From the human T2T-CHM13v2.0 reference genome, Homo sapiens, in the NCBI RefSeq assembly GCF_009914755.1, contig NC_060931.1: a stretch of 64,000 nucleotides of DNA. One strand, given 5' to 3'. Position 1 is the stretch's first letter; the number at the start of each line of letters is the position of its first letter. The notes beneath the pieces are model-generated. The model made no database searches. It saw nothing but the letters and a program-made list of their open reading frames with translations, and was not told the DNA's origin. The position numbers were made by a program, and so were the translations under genes. Below are positions 1-12,840 of this stretch, one piece after another.

Positions 1-172
<172 letters not shown>

Positions 173-504
173 TAGGGTGTGATGGCTGAACGGCCCCTAC
201 AAGTACAAAAGAGGGTCTTGAGGCTGCTCTTGGTAAGCTGGGGGTGGAGATGGATTAAAAATTTGGTGAGTTTTTGCTGGAAATTTTCAGAGCTCTCACA
301 TTATAACTGGAGCCAGGCAAAGTTAAGATAAGATTAGAAATTTTAAGTGTGAATAATTTTCTGAGTATTCGCCATCCCAGCAGCCACCAAACCCTGAGAG
401 GTGATATTTGATATTTGTATTTTCCTCTAGCACATTTCCCTAGCACAAGGGGTGTGTGTTTGTGTTTGTGTGTATGAAGAAAGAGAGAGAGAGAGATGTT
501 AGGT

Positions 505-830
505 AGAGCACCTTCAATGTGCCAGCCTCTATACTATTTGGCAGAGACCTTGGCACAGAGTAAGTATTTTTGGTGTTATTAATGTTAATATTATTATTAA
601 TAGTTAATTTAAGAGTCACAGAAACCTTATAAGATAAGGTTTATCTTATAAAAGATGACAGTTAAACTATGTTATAATATAAACATAGTTTAGCCCCATT
701 TTATGCGTAAGAAAACTGAGCTGCAGAGAGGTCAATCAATGTATTTAAAGATGCATGGCTAATCAGATGTAGGCCTGGCCAGGATTTGAATTCAGGTCTG
801 TCTGACTTTTGTGCTCCAAGCCCTTTCCTG
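505..830. mobile_element. MIR SINE (degenerate, with internal insertions)
   Basis: MIR core motifs ccccattttat...gaaaactgag...agagagg and ccaggatttgaattcaggtctgtctgact. Confidence 0.75.
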
Positions 831-921
831 TTGTCTGGTTCTCTCTCTCTCTGCATTCTGCATTCTGTAATTGCATTGTAAATTACTTCACTAAGAAAAT
901 CATTCAAGATGGAAAGAATAA

Positions 922-1333
<412 letters not shown>

Positions 1334-2720
1334 CTACAAATATATTATTAAAACTCATAAGAAACTTCAGTAAGCTTTTGGTGTATATTATTAGAATACA
1401 AAAATCAATAGCTTTCACAGATGCCAATAACAACCAACTAGAAATGGTTATTTATAAAAGTTGCTATTTGAAAATAGCCACAAAATGTATAAGGTATGCA
1501 GAAATACCTAACTAAATACTAACAAGACTAACTAAAGAATACTAACAAAAGATACGCAAGACAAATATGGAATAGATACATAGTAGATACTTTGTTATGA
1601 AACTAACAAAAGAGTATAAATTGAGTAATACACCATGTTCATGAATAAGAAGACTCAATGTCATAAATTTGTCTCTAAATTAATAGACAGTAGACTCCAT
1701 TATAATAAAAATTCAGATAAGCATTTAAAATAGCTTTGACAAGCTTAATCTCAAATTTATATTGAAGGATAGAGGGCCAAGAATACTTTAGAAGATTTTT
1801 AAAAATAATAACAATAATAGAGGACTCACTATGCAGAAAACAAGACCTTTATTAAGATTGTGTGGTAATAAACAGACTAATTGAAAGAATAGAAAGCTAG
1901 GAAATAGGCCTCCCAATATATGGAAACTTGGTTTTTGAGAGTAGTGACATTACAAATCATTGTGGGAAGAATGAGAGATTTAGTAAATGATAGTGTGATA
2001 ATTAGCAATCCAGATGGAAAAAGTAAATTAGGTAACTGCAAAGTAAAACAATAACAATATATCAGTTCTTACCTATCTGATTTGCAAACATCTAAGAGTT
2101 TGGTATTACAACGTGTGGATGAGGATGTGGGGCAAAGACACCCCCATGCTCTGCTATGTGGAAGTCTGAGTTGCTGTAACCTTTTCAGATGGTCATTTGG
2201 CACTGTCTGGTAAAGTTACAGATGTGCAGATTCTACTGCTCAGCAGTTCCATTTCCCGGGAAGCTCTGGCACATATGCACAAAGGACGCAACCAAGGACA
2301 ATTTCACACAATGATGTATGTAACAGGAAAAATCAGAAACATTAAATATTCACCCATAAAGGTGTGAGAAAAATAAATTGTATTCTAAAGGCTGATCTAT
2401 ACTATTTAAAATGAAAAACTAAATCTACATATACCTACCCAAGTAAATCTTGAAAATATGTTACATGAACAAAAAGTTGGGATAGGCTACTCACAGTATA
2501 CTATTTATATAGTTTGTTTTTTTTTTTTTTTTTCAAAAAAATCACATCATGTTATATATTGGTACGAGTGCAGATTGTGGAATACAATTGCAACATCCCA
2601 GAGAGAGGGGTACCTGCCAACTTTAGGGTGATAGCATTTTCTAAGGTGAAAAGGAGAATGGGTTGGGCAGGAGTAGGGGTACTTCAAAGAGTTTTATTGT
2701 TTTTTAATTAAAAATTTGGA
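1334..2720 (+). mobile_element. Ancient L1 (L1M/L1ME-type) ORF2 3' part and 3' UTR, degenerate
   Basis: A-rich sequence with L1M-like phrases (atacaaaaatcaatagctttc, accatgttcatgaataagaagactcaat, ttgacaagcttaatctcaaatttatat, gtggatgaggatgtggggcaa). Confidence 0.7.
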
Positions 2721-3059
2721 GACAAAAGAAAGAAAATACCTTTGAGATAGTGGCCAGAGAGCACAGCTTAGAGCATATTTACAAGCAAAGAAAGTTGTAT
2801 CTAGCAGATCTTCCAGCCTAAATGTTCCTTGGGATAAAGTTAAGGTCTGAAGAGCCATCTCACCCTTTAATATCCCAGCATGACCATGGCCTTTTAAAAT
2901 CAATTTCTTTATTATTATTGCCATTCTGTTTGATTTTTCTTGAGCATTTTTTTGGCCTTAAATTCCCTTCTTAAGATTCTTGGGGAGTGACTTTTGTTGT
3001 CTAGTGACTTTGATTGTGGGAGAGAAAACTTCTGCCTTGAAATGTAAGTTTGAGTGATT

Positions 3060-3270
3060 TTCAATGTGCCAGCCTCTATGTCAAGTACCTAGCAAAGAAT
3101 TTAAGATTCACAGCAACCCTATAATATAGATATTTTACAGCCCCATTTTACACATAAAAAAACTGAAGCATGGAGAAGTTAAACAATGTTAATCGAGGTC
3201 AAGATTAAATGGCTAATCACAGGCGGGGCAAGCCAGGATTTGAACCCAGGTCTTACTGGCCATTACATGC
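3060..3270. mobile_element. MIR SINE
   Basis: cagccccattttacacataaaaaaactgaagcatggagaagttaa...gccaggatttgaacccaggtct. Confidence 0.8.
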
Positions 3271-4290
3271 ATTCTTTAATCTTGCCTGGTGCCTGTCTCT
3301 TACCACTGGATTTATAAACCATGCTGTAGACTAGCCAGGGGGTACTTATTATTTAAAGCATTTGCATGGCACTTCATGTTTGCAATGTGTTTTACAATTG
3401 TTTTTATTACTTATTCCTATTTTATAGCTGGTCTCAGTTTATAGCATGCTTTCTGCAATAACAGTTGTAAAGAAAAACAAACAAACAAGGAAACCATTCC
3501 TGCATCACTGGATCGAGGCACTCAGAATCTTCACATGAGCATCAGCCATGTTGGAAGACAGTTGTCAGGCACAGTTCTGTTCTTAGGAGAGGTCCCTAAC
3601 ACTCTTAGCAGCTGAAATGGAGAGAAAAACCACAATACTGTCTTCTTTGTAGGCGAAGCTTGTTCACTTTTTACCAAGTGTTAGGACAAAGCAAATGACT
3701 TAGATCACTTTCACTCCTTTTAATAAGGGACTTGTTTTCATTATAAAATGTTTTAATGATTACTCTGGTCTTGCCTGGCATAGTGGGGGGCAAAGAAGGA
3801 GGGGCCACAATATCATTACTCAGAGGCCTGAGGCTCTTTCTTTTTCGTGGTCTTTCTTTAAAAGCATTCCAGTCCTAAGTCCTTCTTACAGAGGGAATGA
3901 TGAAGGAGGATGTGGTGGAATCACCCCGAGGATGTCTGCTTTAAATGCAAGTCAGGAAGCACAACAGAAAGATACCTTGTGCTTTAAGAAAACTGAAATG
4001 CCCTGGCAGATGCTAGAACCGTGGCCACAGTCACACTTGGGTTCCCTTTGGGAAAAAGCTCAAAAGGTTTTGCTTTTCCTTCAAGACAGAAAGACAAGGG
4101 AGGAGAGAGGGGTTCTGTTTCCTCCAATTTGGTGACCAACTTCCTCACCTCTTACATCGTCTTCACCCACATCCTTGTGATCATTCACAATGACTATGGT
4201 TTGAGTGATTAATTTGCCAAGTCCTGAGCTAAACCTAAGGTAGCATTCTCATTTCACAGATAAGGTTAGAAAACTGATTTCCCAAGACTA

Positions 4291-4710
<420 letters not shown>

Positions 4711-4761
4711 TTAAATTTAAAAAACAACAAGCAGGATATTTAAGTGAATTCCCTGGTTTCC

Positions 4762-5062
4762 CAGCATCTGCTGTCTGCCCCATTCTGTGCCTCATGGCCC
4801 CCAGCCAGCCATCAACACCCCAACATCCGTTTCTGTCATCGCATCTCCTTCCCTGACTGACTCTCCCACCTCCCTCTTTCCATTATAAGGACCCTTGTGA
4901 TTACACGGAGCCCGCCTGCATAATCCAGAACAATCTCCCCATCTCAGATCATTAACTTAATCACATCTGCAAAGGCTCTTTTTCCAGATAAGGTAACATA
5001 TTCACAGGTTCCGGGAATTAGGGCCTGGACATCTTTGGGGGGCCGTTATTCTGCCTACCACA
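4762..5062 (-). mobile_element. MaLR LTR fragment (MLT1D/E-like)
   Basis: Reverse complement begins tgtggtaggcagaataacggccccccaaagatgtcc...ggaacctgtgaatatgttacctta, the typical MLT1 5' end. Confidence 0.85.
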
Positions 5063-5159
5063 CCTGGTTTCCACATTGTAATAAAACTCTCTGGAACTCA
5101 ACAGCACTTTAAAGAAATAAAAAGAGGTAATACATTAATTATTAGACCAACGTCTAGTA

Positions 5160-5335
5160 AATCATAGCATTTTAGAGCTGGAAGAGACTGTACAGGCCAC
5201 TCTTGGTATACAGACGAGGATCCTGAGGTCCAGCAGAGGAAATCCACTGTCTGAGATTACACGGGCAGGTGGTAGCTGTGTGGCACTTGAACCCCAGACT
5301 TCCAGCTTCTAGCCGGCTTCCTGTCCACTGCACTC
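5160..5335. mobile_element. MIR/MIR3 fragment
   Basis: aatcatagcattttagagctggaagagact...tacagacgaggatcctgaggtccag...cttgaacccc. Confidence 0.6.
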
Positions 5336-5561
5336 ATTCTTAGAGTTCAACAAAAGACCCCTCATCTGCATCCCAGAAAAGGCCAAGAGACCTGTTGAGA
5401 AACAAAGACTGGGCTTTCCAATGTATTGTTCTGAAATGGAGAAACTAGAAAAATTACCTATAAAGTTTCTGCCAGGAAATCATTTAATCACTTACATTAT
5501 CAGAAAAGTCATTAAAACATTCACACACAAATCATACATCGTGGTTTTAAATTTGCCGTAA

Positions 5562-5922
<361 letters not shown>

Positions 5923-6129
5923 TATGCCACTGGTTCTTTGAAGGCCATAACTATCATGTAGTTTGATAACACAGCCAAGTTTGCTCTCCTGGGAGAAAGA
6001 TATAATGTCCTGTTTGCAAACACTCAGTGAAGCTAATACAAGTTAATGGCTAGTGTACGTATCTCTGGCTTGTGGTATTTCTTTTCTTAGCATTTTTCTT
6101 ATATTTACTATGATAATTACTTGGGACAT

Positions 6130-6312
6130 AAATGTAAACTTTATAGCCATTTATTGTCACATCTTTTAATGGTCAAGTTTATTGATCATAATCACAACCG
6201 GTATGCGATCTTATAACGCAGCATGCACCGGAACATTTCTCAAAGGCTCTATATCTGAACAAAATTTAGGAGCTGAAAAAGATATATACTTACCAGTGTC
6301 GCGTAGGTTTCT
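6130..6312 (-). ncRNA. Candidate terminal exon of a minus-strand transcript
   Basis: Minus-strand acceptors tttgctcttcag| (exon start 6312) and tatatctttttcag| (6272); AATAAA (6183-6178), ATTAAA (6170-6165), AATAAA (6155-6150); six CpGs in 6198-6303. No expression data. Confidence 0.35.
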
Positions 6313-8943
6313 CTGAAGAGCAAATCCAAGGCCAACAGGAATTAGAGAAGTTGAGGCTCATTTGCTTCCCACTTTGCTCATTTGCTCATGTGGGCATACA
6401 TAAGTACACTTAGTTTTTCTATGCTAATGGAGAAGAACATGCTAGGGAGTCAATACAACTATGAGGATATTATACTTTGAGATTTTTTTCCCTTAACCTA
6501 TATTGGACACTTTTCTGGCACCAGAAAATCATCATCACAAAAGATCCAGGGACCAGGCTGATACATCTAAAGATATTTCTCTCTCCTTGCCATCCAACTC
6601 CATGAAAAAAGGCCATGTCTGCAATAGGAATGAGTATCTCCCTCTTCTACTTTCTCTTGCCTCTTTGTGCCTCTGTAATAGCAAAGTTGTTCAGACTTGT
6701 ATTAGTGCTGCCTGGACAGGAAATTTCTGGAGGGTAGGGACTTTGTTTTACTCTTTTTGCAGAGTCAGATGATGTTAATTTTGATGGATTCGTTGGGATT
6801 GATAATAGAGTGTATTATTATAGGACAATGACTTTTACTATTTGGGTATTTTTTTTTTAATGTTGTGTTGTTACTTCTGTTATTGGAATTGGTTCAAATA
6901 ATCCTTGAGACCAGGCTAAGGTCATTTACTCTGTGCTGTTCCCCATGGTCTCTCTCTAGATGCTCTTTTCTCATTATATTCTCTCATATTGATGCTTTTA
7001 AAAACAACATTAGTATAATAGAATACAGTATTGGACACAGGATAATAGTACTGAGAGATGAGGCATCTAAGTTTTTATTGTACTGCTAAGGAGCTGTGTT
7101 ACCTTGGACACTAATTTACCCTCTCTGGGCCTAGGTTTCCTTTTTAGCAAATAGATTAATTACAAGTCAATAAGACTGACAGATGATTCTAAATTTTTTG
7201 AGTCATAGACTCCTTTGAGGATCATTTAGGACCCTCTCCCTAAAAATGCATACAGCAGTCTTTGTATGAGATGTTCCTGAAAATCCCTTTCAGTTCTGAC
7301 AACGTTTGTCACATAAGATGTTAGATACTGTGTTCATTACTTTTCTTGTTTTATCTCATTTACTGTTCACAATAAATCTAGCAACTAAGTACCACTGTGT
7401 TTTTCTATTAATTCTATTTTTTGAGAACAGAAAACGAGCTCAGGCAAGTTAAGGAAATCAACAAGGATCAGCCATTTAGTTAGGGGATGGAGTCAGACCC
7501 AGAAGCCTGTGTACGCAAGAAGTTTCCATGTGCTCTGTGTGCAAGGTAGTGTGTTAGTATGTTGGTGGTTAGGAAAATGAGCTTAAAACCCAAAAAGTGT
7601 ACTAAATTGCATCTTAAGTTACAAAAAACAAGAACACAGTGTAAATACTCTTTCATCCATTTTGGTAATTTCAGCAGAAATTAGACTGGTGGATGACATT
7701 AGTACTCAGTTTGTTTTTATACATCCTCAATCACTGAGCCAACATCTGATAGCCAGATTACCCCAGGCTTGCTGGATACTTCAAATAGCATTTTCAGGGA
7801 TGTTTTCCCAAAATGATAATACAGATCGATGGATTCTCATGACATATACAAGGAACAAAAAGGGAATGTAATAAATGCAATAAAATAGTGATTCTTCCCC
7901 AAATTTTTTTTTCCGGCAGATTCACTCTGGATTACATTTATGTAGTCACATATTTTAGAGCAATTTAAAATCAAAATAGGAATACATTTCCTGAGTAATC
8001 CCATCAAATGAGAGATGAACAGGATAAAAGGAAGGTTGTTACCCCTCTAGTGAACCAAAATCTTTGTTTGACTTTTCACTCAATTTTATGTTTCTCTTTG
8101 AAAAGTTACTAAAACTTGTGATAACTAAAACATTTCCAGATGTCTGAATTCTTTTCTATTTGCATGTTTCTCTACCAGGGACGGAAGGATCAGAGACAGT
8201 GGCCAAAGGGAGAGGTAATTATGGGAGGCTCCTTCTGGTGGTGGGGGGGTGAGTAGACAGGGATAGTTTCCTCCGATTCTTGCTTGCAATGCTTTTTCCC
8301 AAGGAACTGTTTTGTTGTTGTCGTTTGTTTATGCTTTGTTCTTATTGTTGTTCTGTAGGCTTTTTTAAAAATGTTTTTTACTGAATATCTCAGTCTATTT
8401 TATCCTAAAGGATGATGATGGCCTAATAATTATGACAGCTGAAATGATTCCTGGGATACCTGAGATTTGAAGCCAGGCCTTATTAAATCAGTGGCAGGGG
8501 CTCTGTAACTACGCTCATGCCCTTTCTTTCCCACTTTGCTCATTTGCTTCTTGCCACCTCACTCTAAATTCCCAATGGATTACACACGGAATCCTGGACC
8601 ATTATCAAATTTGAAGTTAGGACACAGAAAGCTAGAATGTGATGAGAAACAGATAAGCAGATGACTGTGCAATTAGCAACATCAGTTGCAATCTACAAAA
8701 TGGGTTTTCAACCAATGGCTTCCTGTGGCCCGACTTCTTGGTCTGGGTTTACTGCTGGGGAAATAGTTGTACTTGAATTTAGGCAACTGAGAGACTAACT
8801 TGGGAGGGGTGGGGAGACATAGAAGCAGAGAATATAGCAATATGACTTTTCATGTCATTATTTAGAACTGGAAGAACTAGAATCTTAGGCATTTATATTA
8901 TAATAAGTTGCCTTTGATTTATCCATTTCCAAGAAGCTCAATT

Positions 8944-8945
8944 GA

Positions 8946-8993
<48 letters not shown>

Positions 8994-9080
8994 GAAAGAA
9001 AAGAAAGAAAAGAAAAGGAAGTAGAAATGAAGAAAGAAAGAGAGAGAAAGCAAGAAGAGGGAAGGAGGGAGGAAAAGGAG
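8944..9080. repeat. (GAAA)12 tetranucleotide repeat plus purine-rich tail
   Basis: 48 nt of perfect GAAA at 8944-8991, then a degenerate GA-rich tract. Confidence 0.97.
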
Positions 9081-9264
9081 TTGGATTATAAGGATGACCT
9101 CATAACTGCCTACCTAGCAGATAAATTATTTAGCTGATATGAGCCTTCAGTCAAAGTGGTTATCTTCTTTATTTCCAGATATTTTTAACCATATTATTAT
9201 AATGTAATTGTGGTATGTGTTTTTATGTACATTCAGTAAACCCTGAAAGACAAGTATACCTGAG

Positions 9265-9460
9265 CTTGTTGCTGAGGATACAACAGTGAATAGGAGATCA
9301 TTCCTGCCCTCAAGGGGTTCACAGTGCAGTAGAGTAAGTAGTCCTTAAACAATAGTCACATTCTGTACCATGTGATCATTTTACAGTGGAGTTTTGTAAA
9401 GGAAAAAATATGAGCATAGATACCTAACCTCACTCAGTCTAGGGGAAGAGAGACAGAGAT
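9265..9460 (-). mobile_element. L2 fragment
   Basis: gctgaggatacaacagtgaata...cctgccctcaaggggttcacagt, typical antisense L2 3' region. Confidence 0.6.
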
Positions 9461-9469
9461 GTTAGCATA

Positions 9470-9850
9470 GCTAACTAGAATATATAACGAAAAATCATTT
9501 AAAATGAGATAAATATCTATAAAATATCTAGGAATTAACCTATAAAGATTTACTCAAGTCCTTTATGGAGAAATTTCCATAAATCTCTTAGCAGATTTAA
9601 AAGAAAACTTGGATACATATTTATGAATAGGAGGCCTTAACATTGGTAAGATTCAATTGAAAACCACCAAATTAATCTGTAAATTCAATGACATCTCATA
9701 CATAATTCCAGCAGGATATTGGTGGGATGGAGGAAGGAGGCTTGACAAGCTCATTTAAAATTGTTTGCAGAAGGATAAGGTCTATGCTGTCTTTTACCAG
9801 ATATTCAGACACACTGTAAATGTCAGAGCAGTAAATAAAAGGCGTGATGT
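9470..9850 (+). mobile_element. Ancient L1M ORF2 fragment
   Basis: aaaatatctaggaattaacct...aaattaatctgtaaattcaatg...cttgacaagctcatttaaaatt. Confidence 0.6.
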
Positions 9851-11325
9851 TGCCTATGGTGCCAATACACCACACATCTAGACTACTGGACCTATATTAG
9901 GTTACTGAATGGGATAAACTTGGTAGAATCCCATCAGGAAAAAGCTGCATTTCTTTCCCATCTCTGCCTTTAGACTCACTGAACTGTTGTCTTCCATCCT
10001 GGCTGCTCGGTGATCTCAAACGGATCCCCACTTTCTGGTTATTTTCCGTCATCATTTAGATATCAAAAGGTTATATACACTACGTTGCATCTCAATTAAA
10101 ATTCCTATTTCACATCCAATTAGCTGTCTTTCCTTTTCTGTCTATCTCAAGTCTGCCAAACCCAGGCCTGAGAACTCACGTGACTGGGAGTGAAGTTCCC
10201 AGAGGCCGCTGGTCCATGAGTGAGGGTGGAAGGGCCCTCCTCACTGCCTAGATGCTCATCCTGAGCAAGAGATGAGAACCTGTGATGGGCGCCCCCAGCA
10301 GCAGTGGCGGTGAGACATGAGGAAAGGATCCTGATAAATCCTGCTCTGTGAGGGCAGGAGTGGTGCCTGATTACACAGAAACAAAAAGGGCAAAGGTGTA
10401 TCTAAGTGGTGAAAAGGTACTGGGGGCGAGGAACTGGGGTGTGCAGTCAGAGGCAAGGTAGAATGCCAGGCACCATAAGGTGATCCCCAGAACCTCATCC
10501 ACTGGGAATGGAGGGAAAGGCAGACTCAAGTGAGTGGGAGCGGGAAGCTGATGGCACCCTCTGCACTGGTTGACAGCATCTCTGTGGTGTGAGAGATACC
10601 ACTGAGCACACCGGCCCTGACCAGTTCTTTATGCACATTTGCCTCGGCCATTATCCCAATAGATCGGTGGGTCTCAAACCTACAAATCCAGCAAACATCT
10701 GAGATGCTTATCGGAAAGTTCCAAAGCACTGGACCCAACCCCTGTGATTCTCATTTGGTGCCTGCAAGCCCCACATATACTTCAGCGCCTTAGTCATTTA
10801 TGAGAAATATATGCATATACATTGGTACTTACCATTGAAGAATACAAGGGTATTTACAAATATCTCGTTGTTCTGTCGGTTATTTAACCCTGAAAAGCTA
10901 TCTTTATATACTTATGAAGACTTAAAACATCATATTAACATTAGAACTGCCATGGACCAGGGAAGCGTTAGAGAAGGCATGTGCTGAATTGTTTTGTGGA
11001 AATCTGCAGTATTTGTGGTAAAAATAAACTGTGGTTCAGACTTTTTTGCTCTCTAACCATCCCTCTTTTTTCCAGGATGTTTTGTGAGATGATTGTTCTT
11101 TCAACAACACTTTGGGACATGTTGGGTATCACGAGTTTCTGCTACGTATCTCTGCCCTTGGTATTTACATGACAATTGCCCCCATTGGGGAAGTAGTTCA
11201 TGAGATGACACAAGTATAGAGCAAGATAAAATTAATTTCAAAACAATTTTCGGAGGATTTTAGAAATGCCTACATCGGCAAATTTGCTGAAGATATAAAA
11301 TGAAACAATTAAAAAGGGATAGGGC

Positions 11326-11781
<456 letters not shown>

Positions 11782-12199
11782 TTATAATTCACTTTATTTC
11801 ACTGCCACTAACCAGCTGAGAGAACTTAGATAAGTCATTGGCCTTCTGTGAGTCATAAACACTCCCAACATCCCCTCCTCTTCTCTATTTTAATGACTCC
11901 TCAGTGCTCTAAGTCCTTAGAGTCTTTGTGACTTCATAGATCAGTTTAAATATTGGAGGAATGAGTTTTGGACCCTGACTACTTTTATCCTGGGTCATGG
12001 CTATCTTAATAAAGTGGATTCAAAATTAAACCAAACCAAGAACCATCTAGTTCATTCAGAGTAAGTTGAGAGAAATTTACATCCAAGGAACAAGAACAAG
12101 ATACAATAGAAAAAGAACCCTCAGGAAATGTGAAGGAGCATTTTAAATTTAAAAACATGATTATTTTGAAATTTTTGAAAAGTAATAGTAAAAGAGAAA

Positions 12200-12595
12200 G
12201 GAAAAGAAAAGCTTTTCTCTACCGAAGAATGACATCTAATAAGAGAAAAGATGATACAAAAACTATTTTACAACACATAATGCAATTATTGATTTAGGGA
12301 TTCAAGTGGAGATCATCAGTGAATGTAAGAATCATTTGGTGCTGGTTTCTTAAGTAGTAGAAAATTCACACAGAGCCAATGTATCATCCAACAGATCATT
12401 TACTACTTGAAAGGAGGAAAAATCTTCTACAATGAAAAGGGATTGCAGGTATTCCTTAATAAAATGACCATACTTCATGTCATGAATAGTGAAAGAATTG
12501 GACATCGTGGGTCTCCTGGAAGAATTGAATATGAAGAATACAACCTCACCTATGGACTATTATCATCCAGAGTGGTCAGTTTCAATTTAATCAAG
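12200..12595 (+). mobile_element. Old L1MC-type 3' UTR fragment
   Basis: Resembles L1MC4/5 3' ends (gagccaatgtatcatccaacagatcatttactac...aatcttctacaatgaaa). Confidence 0.45.
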
Positions 12596-12599
12596 ACAT

Positions 12600-12840
12600 T
12601 TTCCTTTGCTATATAATATGATAGCTAATTAGGCACATGTGAAAATTGAGAACATGATTTGTGACTAATTCAAATTAGTCACAAATGTGACTGTAAGTGT
12701 AAAATACACACCAGATTTCATAGATATAGTACTTTAAGAAGAAAGGTAAAATATATTAATGATTTTTATGTTGGTTACATAATGACATGATATATTTTGC
12801 ATCTAATGGGTTGAATTAAATATATTATTAAATTTGTTTT
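12600..12840. mobile_element. MER33-like hAT-Charlie DNA transposon fragment
   Basis: ctgtaagtgtaaaatacacaccagatttc...aaatatattattaaatt matches the MER33 body. Confidence 0.8.
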
